64,000 bases of DNA from Clostridiales bacterium (GCA_015055745.1 SVHS01000003.1:129390-193389), one strand, 5' to 3'; positions 20,768 to 29,129 are shown, counted from the stretch's first letter. Translations and numbers: made by a program. The notes: generated by a model not told the origin, from the sequence alone.

Positions 20768-20796
20768 ATTATAGCAAATCATGAGAGAATTGTCAA
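20768..20796 (-). promoter_or_regulatory. Consensus sigma-A promoter of rpmF (TTGACA-17-TATAAT)
   Basis: The minus strand reads TTGACA (20796-20791), a 17-nt spacer, then TATAAT (20773-20768). A leader of about 55 nt with a GGAGG RBS follows. Confidence 0.75.
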
Positions 20797-20823
20797 CTAG
20801 TTTTGTAATTTTATCCAAAAAAA

Positions 20824-22011
20824 TTATTTTGCAAGCGTAGCAGTATCCATAGCGATGATGTATTCTTCATCTGTAGGGATACGATATACTCGCACCTTGC
20901 TACTAGGCTTTGAATAATCTTGGATCAAATCAAACGGCTTGTGCATAGTGATATTCTTTTCAGCGTCAAACTCCAAGCCAAGATATTCCATATCTTGACA
21001 TACAGCCTCACGCATCTTCTCATCTCTCTCTCCTATACCAGCTGTAAATACAATAGCATCTACACCATTCATAGCTGCAGCGTATGAGCCGATGTATTTT
21101 TTGATAGAATATACCATCATGTCAAATGTAAGCTTTGCTTTAGGGTCAGCGAAATTTGCCTCAATGTCACGCATATCGCTATATCCGCATAGTCCTACTG
21201 CTCCACTCTTTTTATTTAATAGATTTATAGTCTCATCGATAGAGATATCTTTGATATTCATGATATCTTTGATGACGCTAGGGTCAATATCTCCTGAACG
21301 AGTCCCCATCACTAGACCAGCTAGCGGAGTAAAGCCCATAGAAGTATCTACACATATGCCATCTTTGATAGCGCACACACTACTACCACTACCTAGATGA
21401 CAAGAGATTATTTTTTTGCCCTTAAGGTCTCCCATAATCTCAGCGCATTTCATAGCGATATATCTGTGACTAGTGCCGTGAGCACCGTATCTACGTATCT
21501 TGTTTTCACTATAAAACTCATAAGGAATAGCATACATATATGCTTTCTCAGGCATAGTAGCATGGAATGCTGTATCAAACACTGCTACATTCTTCTTGTC
21601 AGGCATCAAATCCATACAGTTTCTAATACCAATCAATGCTGGAGGATTGTGTAATGGCGCAAAGTGCACACATTTTTGCAAATCATTGTAGATCTCCTCT
21701 GTCACTACGATAGATTTATTGTACTTTTCTCCGAAGTTTACCATACGATGACCTACAGCTTTGACCTCATCTAGACTAGAGATGACACCTATCTCTTTGT
21801 CTACTATGGTCGCAAACAATAGCTCAAAAGCCTCCTTGTGTGTAGGCATATCATGCTCGATGACTCTCTTTTCACTAGTCTTGTATTCCATAAAAGCTTT
21901 GTCAAGACCAATCCTCTGACAATAAGCCTTAGCCAATACTTCATTTGTATCCGTCTCCATAAGCTGAGCCTTCAAGCTAGAGCTACCAGAATTAATAACT
22001 AATACTTTCAT
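20824..22011 (-). CDS. ackA: Acetate kinase
   Basis: 395 aa with MKVLVINSGSSSLK, VGHRMVNFG, YGAHGTSH and FTAGIGE motifs. Confidence 0.95.
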   Translation of the reverse strand: MKVLVINSGSSSLKAQLMETDTNEVLAKAYCQRIGLDKAFMEYKTSEKRVIEHDMPTHKEAFELLFATIVDKEIGVISSLDEVKAVGHRMVNFGEKYNKSIVVTEEIYNDLQKCVHFAPLHNPPALIGIRNCMDLMPDKKNVAVFDTAFHATMPEKAYMYAIPYEFYSENKIRRYGAHGTSHRYIAMKCAEIMGDLKGKKIISCHLGSGSSVCAIKDGICVDTSMGFTPLAGLVMGTRSGDIDPSVIKDIMNIKDISIDETINLLNKKSGAVGLCGYSDMRDIEANFADPKAKLTFDMMVYSIKKYIGSYAAAMNGVDAIVFTAGIGERDEKMREAVCQDMEYLGLEFDAEKNITMHKPFDLIQDYSKPSSKVRVYRIPTDEEYIIAMDTATLAK

Positions 22012-22073
22012 TTTTCTCTCCTATTTAATGGCTACATAATAGCACGAATATAAAAAAAGAGCAAGCGAATTGC

Positions 22074-23036
22074 CTACTCTACTAACAATTTTGTAATAAT
22101 GACAGTGTCCACAATCTCAGATACTGTGCAACCACGACTAAGGTCATTTACAGGTTTATTGAAATTTAACATGATAGGACCGATAGCTTTGTATCCACCA
22201 AGTCGAGCTACCAACTTGTAGCCTATATTACCCGCATTCAAGTCAGGGAAAATGAGGACATTAGCCTCTCCACCCACTGCACTGGTGACACCTTTTTTAT
22301 TGGCAGTAGTGCTATCTAGAGCAGAATCAACCTGCATCTCTCCATCTATCAAGTATTTACTCTTTTGTGCCAACCTTGTAGCCTCCGCCACCACGTCTAC
22401 CATCTCATGCTTTGCACTACCTTTAGTAGAATAGCTAAGCATTGCCACCTTTGGCTCAAGACCTACTACTCTATCCATAAATTCAGCACTGGAGATAGCT
22501 ATCTCAGACAAAGTCTCACTATTTGGCTTCTCTATAAGTGACACGTCAGAAAATAGCAAAGGCTCACAGCCCTCTTTCACCATTAGCATAGTGCCAGTGA
22601 CGATTTTTTTGTCTGGCTTAGTCTTGACTATCTGCAAAGCGGGTCTCAATGTATCTCCAGTCGACCATTTAGCACCCGCCACCACACCGTCAGCTATATT
22701 TGCTTTAAGTAGCATCATAGCAAAGTAGTCTGGAGATTTTATCATATCCCTCGCCTGCTCGACAGTAAGACCTTTATGTTTCCTAAGCTCGTAAAGTGCT
22801 TGTGCCAGTTCTTCCAATCGATCATACTTACTTATGTCAATGATAGTACAATCTTGACTTTTCTTGAAGATGTCAGTATACTCTTCTACCTTACCGAAGA
22901 CGATAAGCTTTGATAATCCTTCTTTTAGAATAATCTCACCAGCCTCTAACACCCTTTTATCAAGATTTGCCTCTGGTAGGACTATGGTGGCGTCTTTTTT
23001 TATCGCTCTTTGTCTTAATGTATCCAATAATTTCAT
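22074..23036 (-). CDS. pta: Phosphate acetyltransferase (short PTA_PTB form)
   Basis: 320 aa. It sits directly upstream of ackA and has a PTA_PTB-type C terminus (ANVLIFPDLNAGNIGYKL...GPIMLNFNKPVNDLSRG). Confidence 0.9.
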   Translation of the reverse strand: MKLLDTLRQRAIKKDATIVLPEANLDKRVLEAGEIILKEGLSKLIVFGKVEEYTDIFKKSQDCTIIDISKYDRLEELAQALYELRKHKGLTVEQARDMIKSPDYFAMMLLKANIADGVVAGAKWSTGDTLRPALQIVKTKPDKKIVTGTMLMVKEGCEPLLFSDVSLIEKPNSETLSEIAISSAEFMDRVVGLEPKVAMLSYSTKGSAKHEMVDVVAEATRLAQKSKYLIDGEMQVDSALDSTTANKKGVTSAVGGEANVLIFPDLNAGNIGYKLVARLGGYKAIGPIMLNFNKPVNDLSRGCTVSEIVDTVIITKLLVE

Positions 23037-23037
23037 T

Positions 23038-23826
23038 TTATTCTCCTAACAATTGTTTTATCGCTTGTACAAATTTCTTCGTATACATTTCGCCCTTTTT
23101 GATTGATTTTTGAGCTGTCTCACTAGTAAAGTCTAGCTGACTAATTTGTGAAGTAGGTATAGTAATCCTCAAATCTGCCCTGATAGGTTTATTTTTTATA
23201 ACATTTGATGTCATAAGAGTAGCTGCATTGATGAGTGTCTCTACTGTCTTCATCTTAAGCTTTTCGACTTGCTTTGCATAATCTCCGATGACATCTATAG
23301 ACACAATCACCGCGTCAGGCATCAGCTCTTTTGCCACATCTTCTGGGAGATTGTTTACCATACCGCCGTCACAGTACTGATTTTCACCTATCTTAAGGCT
23401 CGGAAACAATCCTGGTATAGATATACTCGCCATAATACTATCTCTAATCAAACCTTTATCAAAATGACACTCTTTACCAGTATTTAGCTCTGTCACTACT
23501 GACACAAATGGCAACTGTGCTTCATCATGCTTCATATCTCCTAAATGCTGGATTAAAATTTTCTTTACTTTATCGATATTTAGAATATTACCCTTAAAAA
23601 GAGTGGAAAATAAACTAAAACTACCGAGACTATTGAACTTTTTCGCCAAATTGATCATCTCGTCGGGAGTCTTGCCTGCAGCATACATGCCGCCTACCAA
23701 TGCACCCATCGAAGTACCTACTATAAGATCTGGCTTGATGCCATTTTTCTCCAATGTCTTTAATACTCCCACATGAGCATAGCCTTTTGCCGCTCCACCA
23801 CCCAAAACTAATGCTAACTTTTTCAT
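23038..23826 (-). CDS. Patatin-like phospholipase
   Basis: GGGAAKGYAHVG oxyanion motif, GTSMG nucleophile elbow and the DGG catalytic Asp motif. Confidence 0.85.
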   Translation of the reverse strand: MKKLALVLGGGAAKGYAHVGVLKTLEKNGIKPDLIVGTSMGALVGGMYAAGKTPDEMINLAKKFNSLGSFSLFSTLFKGNILNIDKVKKILIQHLGDMKHDEAQLPFVSVVTELNTGKECHFDKGLIRDSIMASISIPGLFPSLKIGENQYCDGGMVNNLPEDVAKELMPDAVIVSIDVIGDYAKQVEKLKMKTVETLINAATLMTSNVIKNKPIRADLRITIPTSQISQLDFTSETAQKSIKKGEMYTKKFVQAIKQLLGE

Positions 23827-23856
23827 ATTCTCCCTTAACTTTAAATATTATTATAT

Positions 23857-24825
23857 ATGATCAAGATTTTAAAATCAAATAAAATAATAGTGCTTTTCCT
23901 TATTATTGTGTGCATTTTTTTCATGATTAAACCTACTATCTGCTCCAATTCTTGTCTAAATGCGATAAGTGTGTGGGCATTTAAGATTTTGCCTGTACTA
24001 TTTCCTTTTTTTATACTCGTCAGACTGATCATAAATCTAATAGACATACGCCCAAATGTCATGGACAAGCTATTTAACAAAATGTACCACACTCCTGCAG
24101 GAAGTTTTACCACTTTCTTTTTATCCGTCATATCAGGATATCCTATTGGCGCAAAACTTATATCCACTATGTACGAAAACAAATATATCGACCAGCCGTC
24201 AGCCAAAAAGCTTATGTCCTTTTGCTCTCTTAGTGGTCCAATGTTTATGCTAGGTACAGTAGGCATAGCGATATTCAATTCGTACACAGCTGGATTGATA
24301 ATCCTTATTAGCAATATATTGGGTGGGCTCATAAATGGACTGATATATCGAGGTAAAAAATCGCCTATAGAAAATAAGACTTATACTAGTAAAAAATCTA
24401 ATAATATTCTTACTGATAGTGTGTATGACTCAATGCAATCTATACTAATGGTAGGAGGCTTTGTAGTCTTAAGTTTTTTACTGATAGATTTGCTTAAAAA
24501 TACATATATATTAAGCAATATATCCGGTACTATATGTAGTGTATTTCATTGCCACAATCTTCAACCTGTAGTGGAATCAACACTATGTGGAATATTAGAA
24601 ATCACTAGAGGAATCATTGACCTAAACACCACTCAAACCTCTCTATCAGTCAAGACAATAATAGCTAGTGGATTGATAGGATTCGGAGGTATCAGTATTA
24701 TGCTACAAAGTCTATCATTTGTATCAAAAATAAAGCTACCTATCAAAACTGTAATCCTACAAAAAATCACTCAAAGTGTTATCACTACTATCATTGCCAT
24801 ACCTTTGTGCTTAATATTTTTGTAA
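23857..24825 (+). CDS. ylbJ: Nucleoside-recognition (Gate) domain membrane protein, sporulation YlbJ-like
   Basis: 322 aa and polytopic. The N terminus ...ISVWAFKILPVLFPFFIL... resembles YlbJ. No obvious SD precedes the ATG. Confidence 0.6.
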   Translation: MIKILKSNKIIVLFLIIVCIFFMIKPTICSNSCLNAISVWAFKILPVLFPFFILVRLIINLIDIRPNVMDKLFNKMYHTPAGSFTTFFLSVISGYPIGAKLISTMYENKYIDQPSAKKLMSFCSLSGPMFMLGTVGIAIFNSYTAGLIILISNILGGLINGLIYRGKKSPIENKTYTSKKSNNILTDSVYDSMQSILMVGGFVVLSFLLIDLLKNTYILSNISGTICSVFHCHNLQPVVESTLCGILEITRGIIDLNTTQTSLSVKTIIASGLIGFGGISIMLQSLSFVSKIKLPIKTVILQKITQSVITTIIAIPLCLIFL

Positions 24826-24839
24826 ATTTTGAAAATTGT

Positions 24840-24868
24840 TTGACAATAATGTGACAATTTTATAGAAT
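24840..24868 (+). promoter_or_regulatory. Sigma-A type promoter (TTGACA-17-TAGAAT) for the 24884 gene
   Basis: TTGACA at 24840-24845, a 17-nt spacer, then TAGAAT at 24863-24868, followed by a GAGG RBS. Confidence 0.6.
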
Positions 24869-24883
24869 TATAATGAGGTTGTT

Positions 24884-25432
24884 ATGAATTCTAAGAGATT
24901 TGATTACCAACACAAAGATATACCAATGCTAAGAAAAAACATTGTTCTACGAGCTTTGTTCGCTGTGATGTTTGCAGCTGTTTTTGTGTGGCAATTGATA
25001 ACCATGATCACGATAAAGACTGATTGGGTATCATCTATCATCAAATTGACTTGTAGTGTATTTGTGATTATTTTCTCTCTATTATTTTCATTTGTATCAT
25101 TAATGTATGCATTGAAATATTTTAGAATAATCAGTGTCATAAAAATGAAAGGTAGATGCGTGAGCTCTGTAGAGCTAGTGTTTAGCACCAAAAAGAACGG
25201 TTTCTTAAAACTATATAGCATAGTATCATCTATATTAACGTTGTTAACTTCTTTAGTATTGATATGCGTGATTACTTACGCCATACTAGAAGCGACATAT
25301 TACTCTTCTATCTCGTTCTTTATGCCTATATTGATATTCATATGTCTATCAGGATATAACTCTATCTATCAAATATCTGACGAAATGAATACTCAAAAGC
25401 ATGTGGAAGAATACAATAGTTTATTTAATTAA
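24884..25432 (+). CDS. Hypothetical integral membrane protein (about 5 TM segments)
   Basis: 182 aa and hydrophobic, with its own promoter, a GAGG RBS and a terminator. I recognise no family. Confidence 0.6.
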   Translation: MNSKRFDYQHKDIPMLRKNIVLRALFAVMFAAVFVWQLITMITIKTDWVSSIIKLTCSVFVIIFSLLFSFVSLMYALKYFRIISVIKMKGRCVSSVELVFSTKKNGFLKLYSIVSSILTLLTSLVLICVITYAILEATYYSSISFFMPILIFICLSGYNSIYQISDEMNTQKHVEEYNSLFN

Positions 25433-25458
25433 AAAAGACCTTGCAAAAGGTCTTTTTT
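25431..25458. terminator. Bidirectional intrinsic terminator between convergent genes
   Basis: Stem AGACCTT/AAGGTCT with a GCAA tetraloop (25436-25453), flanked by A6 and T6 runs. Confidence 0.8.
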
Positions 25459-25993
25459 AATTGTCTATAATCTTACTATATACATATTCGTAGACATTAG
25501 CAGCCAATTCTCGCCATTTTTTACAAGCGACCGTAGCATTATGTCTCGTATCTGTCTTTAATGACAATGTAAATATCGCCTCAGTAGTGAGCGGCTCCAA
25601 TATCTTGAGGTCTACTGTATAGCTACCGTCTTCATTTTTATATGATTTGGCTATATACTCTTGATTTCTCTTAAACTGCATCTTGTTTTCTTGCGCAAAC
25701 TGGGAAATATTGTCTCTAAGGCTAGCTGGGATACGAGTATAAAATTGTGACAAGCACTCTCTACCAGCTACGGTGATATTGTATCGATTTTCATCACTGT
25801 CTGTATTTGGCTTATACACAAATTTTGAAATAATCAGCTGAGACAACAAATCTTTACAATCCATCCAATTTACCCAATTGTTTTGACTAGAGCAAATCTC
25901 GAGGATAGAATTCTCAGTAAGAGGGATTTCCATTTTATCTAGCACATATAAGAGTATTAATTTGTTGACCGTATTGTCTGGCACAAAATCCAT
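25457..25993 (-). CDS. DUF4364-family protein (PadR-like winged-helix N terminus)
   Basis: 178 aa. VNKLILLYVLDKMEIPLTENSILEI resembles the DUF4364 proteins common in Clostridia. RBS AAAGGTGA. Confidence 0.55.
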   Translation of the reverse strand: MDFVPDNTVNKLILLYVLDKMEIPLTENSILEICSSQNNWVNWMDCKDLLSQLIISKFVYKPNTDSDENRYNITVAGRECLSQFYTRIPASLRDNISQFAQENKMQFKRNQEYIAKSYKNEDGSYTVDLKILEPLTTEAIFTLSLKTDTRHNATVACKKWRELAANVYEYVYSKIIDN

Positions 25994-26065
25994 AATTCAC
26001 CTTTCTCTTCCTATAAAATTTGTAATATTATACAATATATTGAAAAAAAACACAATTATTTTTCC

Positions 26066-26095
26066 TTGCATTTGTCGATTTATGTATGGTATAAT
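26066..26095 (+). promoter_or_regulatory. Sigma-A type extended -10 promoter (TTGCAT-18-TGgTATAAT)
   Basis: TTGCAT at 26066-26071 and TATAAT at 26090-26095 preceded by TGG. Confidence 0.6.
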
Positions 26096-26110
26096 TTGAA
26101 CGAGGTATAT

Positions 26111-26800
26111 ATGAGTAATATTCAAGAATTGGTACCATTCAATAAAGTTTGTGACGAATTTATGTCTGGCAAATATATTTTAGTAGATATAAAAATTACT
26201 TCTATACTAAATATCATAGAGTCAGATGAAAAAATAAAAAATATCGTAAGTTCTTGTACGGAGAATTTTGATTTCAATAGCACTTTTAAAAATCAGATAG
26301 CTAAAGTAAATGACACTTTCACTATCTCTGTTCCTGCAGATGAAAAGTGCACGATAGCTTTTGTCTATAATCTACTCTATCGATTTAAAGGTGGTGAGAT
26401 CGACTTTTACGATTTTTTAGCCACATACTATGATGAGAATGACGACTCTAAAGGTGTCAAGAGCTTTGCGCATGATATGATACTGCCATTTAAAAATGCA
26501 ATAAACAACATTTACTCAAAACGTCATATCTTAGTCGAGACAAATGACTATCAAAACAATATCTACAACAAAATAAAAACCACCATCAAACTCATAGTCC
26601 AAAATATAGATAATTACAAACTCAAAATGAATGAAAAAGAAGAATTTACTATGCTATTAAATTCTCTATTCCTTGCCAGTGAGAAAAACGATAAAAAATT
26701 AGTTTACTCTCTTATGATTGGTTTAGACTATTTTACAAAATGCAATAAAAAGTGCCGTGTGGCTTATTTAGCTCTAGAAGAATGTTTTGAAAAAAATTAA
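26111..26800 (+). CDS. Hypothetical protein, 229 aa, no recognisable family
   Basis: The start is set at the ATG at 26111 (MSNIQELV) with GAGG 6 nt upstream. The ORF-track start at 26066 coincides with the -35 box. Confidence 0.6.
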   Translation: MSNIQELVPFNKVCDEFMSGKYILVDIKITSILNIIESDEKIKNIVSSCTENFDFNSTFKNQIAKVNDTFTISVPADEKCTIAFVYNLLYRFKGGEIDFYDFLATYYDENDDSKGVKSFAHDMILPFKNAINNIYSKRHILVETNDYQNNIYNKIKTTIKLIVQNIDNYKLKMNEKEEFTMLLNSLFLASEKNDKKLVYSLMIGLDYFTKCNKKCRVAYLALEECFEKN

Positions 26801-26828
26801 AAAATATGCAAAAATTGCATATTTTTTT
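26798..26828. terminator. Bidirectional intrinsic terminator between convergent genes
   Basis: Stem ATATGCAA/TTGCATAT (26804-26822) flanked by A and T runs. Confidence 0.75.
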
Positions 26829-26829
26829 A

Positions 26830-28458
26830 TTATTTTTTATAGATTTTTTCCCTATTTAATAAATAATCATCATAATCACCAACAAAAGTATATAGATTTT
26901 GATTTTTAATTTCTATTATTTTATTTGCTAATTTATTGATAAAATATCTATCATGACTCACAAAAATAATACTGCCTTTAAACTTTGTTAATGATTGTTC
27001 CAATACTTCACGGGTTTCTATATCTATGTGATTTGTAGGCTCATCTAAAATCAATAAATTGATATCTTGCTGTAGCATAATAGCTAATTTTAACCTCAAT
27101 TTTTCACCACCCGATAAGCTTCCCACTCTTTTTACTATATCTGATTTGAAAAATTGAAAATTAAATAATTTACTTCTAGCAATCTCCTCATTAATTCCAG
27201 TATTTTCTATAAAATATTGTAAAACCGATTGATTTTTATCCAAAAATTCGATAATTTGTGATAAATATCCAATTTTCTGATTACCTAATTTTATTTCTGG
27301 ATAATTTCCTGATAAGATAGCTTTTATTAACGTAGATTTGCCTGTACCATTATCTCCTAAAAGAGCCACCTTTTCACCATTTGATATGAGGCAATTCGCG
27401 TTGTTTAGCAACAATTTTTCACCCACGACCAGGTGAAGATTTTTTATACAAACTATCTCTTGCGATCCTCTATCTGCAGACACAAAATTTATAGGTAAAA
27501 ACCTTGCCTCATTTGGTTTCTCTACTGCGTTTTGTCTTTGTCTATCTAGATTGGATTGTATCGCTTTTGCTCTCCTAAAAAATGTAGGATTATTGCCCAT
27601 TTTGCCCCATTCTTTCAATTTTTTAATAGCTTTTTCCATTTCTTGAAATTTTTTCTCTTGCACTTTATATATTTCAAATTGCCTTACTTCTTCGTTTTCT
27701 TTCGATAAAACATAATCAGTATAATTTCCGTGATAAATCTTTATATTACCATTGTCGATTTCTATGATTTTATTGACCACTTTATCTAAAAAATATCTAT
27801 CATGCGACACTATGACAACACTACCTTTGTAGCCTTTAATATACGACTCTAACCACTCCAATCTATTGATATCCAAATGATTGGTCGGCTCGTCTAGTAG
27901 CAAAAGATCTGGCTTTGATAACAGTATCCTAGCCATATTGATAAGAGTCCTTTCTCCACCTGACAATGAATTAAATCCTCGAGTCAAAAGAGCTTTATCT
28001 ATCTTCAGACCATTGACCACCTTGTCTATTTCCATATGAATATCATAGCCACCTAGTGATAAAAATTTTTCTTGAAGATTACTATATCTATTTACATATT
28101 TGTTGAGCATGACTTCATCTGTAGCCAAGCACATCTCCTGCTCCAGCTCTTGCAAACTTTTTTCTATATCTAAAATTTTACCAAAAGCAGACTTTAATAT
28201 ATCTATACAAATACCGTCTCTAGAGTCAGACACATCACCCTGCTCTAGATACTCTACGACTGCATCTTTTTTGATACTCACTACTCCACTATCTGCTTTT
28301 TCTATCTTAGCTATAATTTTGAGCAATGTGGACTTACCTGAACCATTATTGCCTACTATAGCTACTCTTTCGCCTTCATTTATAGAAAACGATATATCAT
28401 TTAATAACTTGCCAAATCCGTAAGTTTTATTTATCTTATTTACATCTAATATAATCAT
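26830..28458 (-). CDS. ABC-F family ATPase (translation factor or ribosome-protection type)
   Basis: Two ABC cassettes (GNNGSGKST/LSGGERT and GDNGTGKST/LSGGEKL), no TM domain, and a charged inter-domain linker of about 70 aa. The start is set at MIILDVNK (ATG 28458) with GAGG at 28468-28465. Confidence 0.88.
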   Translation of the reverse strand: MIILDVNKINKTYGFGKLLNDISFSINEGERVAIVGNNGSGKSTLLKIIAKIEKADSGVVSIKKDAVVEYLEQGDVSDSRDGICIDILKSAFGKILDIEKSLQELEQEMCLATDEVMLNKYVNRYSNLQEKFLSLGGYDIHMEIDKVVNGLKIDKALLTRGFNSLSGGERTLINMARILLSKPDLLLLDEPTNHLDINRLEWLESYIKGYKGSVVIVSHDRYFLDKVVNKIIEIDNGNIKIYHGNYTDYVLSKENEEVRQFEIYKVQEKKFQEMEKAIKKLKEWGKMGNNPTFFRRAKAIQSNLDRQRQNAVEKPNEARFLPINFVSADRGSQEIVCIKNLHLVVGEKLLLNNANCLISNGEKVALLGDNGTGKSTLIKAILSGNYPEIKLGNQKIGYLSQIIEFLDKNQSVLQYFIENTGINEEIARSKLFNFQFFKSDIVKRVGSLSGGEKLRLKLAIMLQQDINLLILDEPTNHIDIETREVLEQSLTKFKGSIIFVSHDRYFINKLANKIIEIKNQNLYTFVGDYDDYLLNREKIYKK

Positions 28459-28475
28459 ACCATACCTCATTTTTT

Positions 28476-28505
28476 GTATGATATCAATAAAAAATGATAT
28501 CATAC
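28476..28505 (-). promoter_or_regulatory. Perfect 11-bp leader hairpin (segments B:C) just upstream of the ABC-F RBS
   Basis: GTATGATATCA (28505-28495) pairs with TGATATCATAC (28486-28476) across an 8-nt loop. Both arms have alternative partners; see the findings. Confidence 0.6.
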
Positions 28506-28557
28506 CCATATTGAATACAACGAAAAACCATATTGCATCTAATCGTGCAACATTAAG

Positions 28558-28596
28558 CTAGTCTAATTCATATGCAAGTATTGTATGATACCTCAT
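28558..28596 (-). CDS. Candidate leaderless 12-codon leader peptide (MRYHTILAYELD) of the ABC-F gene
   Basis: ATG AGG TAT CAT ACA ATA CTT GCA TAT GAA TTA GAC TAG. The ATG begins 6 nt after the TATCAT -10 box, at the predicted +1. Confidence 0.35.
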   Translation of the reverse strand: MRYHTILAYELD

Positions 28597-28602
28597 ATAA
28601 TC

Positions 28603-28631
28603 ATGATAAATAAAAATTCATGATTTGTCAA
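28603..28631 (-). promoter_or_regulatory. Sigma-A type promoter (TTGACA-17-TATCAT) of the ABC-F leader
   Basis: The minus strand reads TTGACA (28631-28626), a 17-nt spacer, then TATCAT (28608-28603). Confidence 0.6.
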
Positions 28632-28684
28632 GATATTATTTATATTTGTTTTTTAAAAAATTTTAAAAATTTTATAAAAATCCG

Positions 28685-28713
28685 TTGACATAGTTTTTTT
28701 TATGTGGTATAGT
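28685..28713 (+). promoter_or_regulatory. Extended -10 sigma-A promoter of the tRNA operon (TTGACA-17-TGgTATAGT)
   Basis: TTGACA at 28685-28690, a 17-nt spacer, then TATAGT at 28708-28713 preceded by TGG. Confidence 0.75.
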
Positions 28714-28731
28714 AATAATGCAATCGCGTAT

Positions 28732-28807
28732 GGGAGATTAGCGCAGTTGGTAGAGTACCTGCCTTACAAGCAGAGGGTCATAGGTTCGAGTCCTATATCT
28801 CCCACCA
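28732..28807 (+). tRNA. tRNA-Val (anticodon UAC), CCA encoded
   Basis: Manual cloverleaf. The 7-bp acceptor GGGAGAT/ATCTCCC, the T arm ATAGG-TTCGAGT-CCTAT and the anticodon loop CTTACAA are all present. There is one mismatch each in the D stem and the anticodon stem. Confidence 0.9.
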
Positions 28808-28943
28808 CTACGATTGCATTTTGTATGAGTATCATCATATAAGGATCCCAAAGAAGCACATGAAGTGTTTCGTATGGGAAGGAACAGCCGAACAATGAAG
28901 CCATAATTGCAATGCAATTTGCTAATAGTGAAGGTTGTGACGT

Positions 28944-29018
28944 GCGGGAGTGGCTCAGTGGTAGAGCGTTGCCTTGCCAAGGCAAATGTCGCGAGTTCGA
29001 ATCTCGTCTTCCGCTCCA
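28944..29018 (+). tRNA. tRNA-Gly (anticodon GCC), CCA encoded
   Basis: Manual cloverleaf with acceptor GCGGGAG/CTTCCGC, D stem GCTC/GAGC, anticodon stem TTGCC/GGCAA with loop TTGCCAA, and T loop TTCGAAT. Confidence 0.92.
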
Positions 29019-29021
29019 GAT

Positions 29022-29045
29022 GACCACATTTTGTGGTCTTTTTTT
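29022..29045 (+). terminator. Intrinsic terminator of the tRNA operon
   Basis: Stem GACCACA/TGTGGTC (29022-29038) followed by T7. Confidence 0.8.
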
Positions 29046-29129
29046 ATTGCAATCATATCATACTGTAATGCGGAATTTTTAAAAATATAATATCGAAGAT
29101 ATAAAATTTATACAAATCTAAATATAAAG

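Noticed and set aside
20392-20818. ORFs at 20392-20574 and 20627-20818 overlap the rpmF terminator, coding region and promoter.
   Set aside because: They overlap the clearly identifiable L32 gene and its signals and have no independent support.
23841-24332. A 163-aa minus-strand ORF overlaps the 5' half of ylbJ.
   Set aside because: It is antisense to a coherent polytopic membrane protein gene. Its translation has no family resemblance or expression signals.
28459-28509. An in-frame 17-codon N-terminal extension of the ABC-F ORF (MGMISFFIDIIQKMRYG).
   Set aside because: The extension is encoded by the B:C leader hairpin itself and has no RBS. The ATG at 28458 has a GAGG at the correct distance and gives the usual ABC-F N terminus (MIILDVNKINKTYG).
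28597-28608. The mini-ORF ATG ATT ATA TGA upstream of the ABC-F leader, which mimics the first codons (MII) of the ABC-F.
   Set aside because: It overlaps the TATCAT -10 hexamer and lies upstream of the predicted +1, so it is probably not transcribed.
28738-29027. Two minus-strand ORFs (80 and 87 aa) span the tRNA region.
   Set aside because: They overlap tRNA-Val and tRNA-Gly in antisense and have no RBS. They are spurious translations of structured RNA genes.
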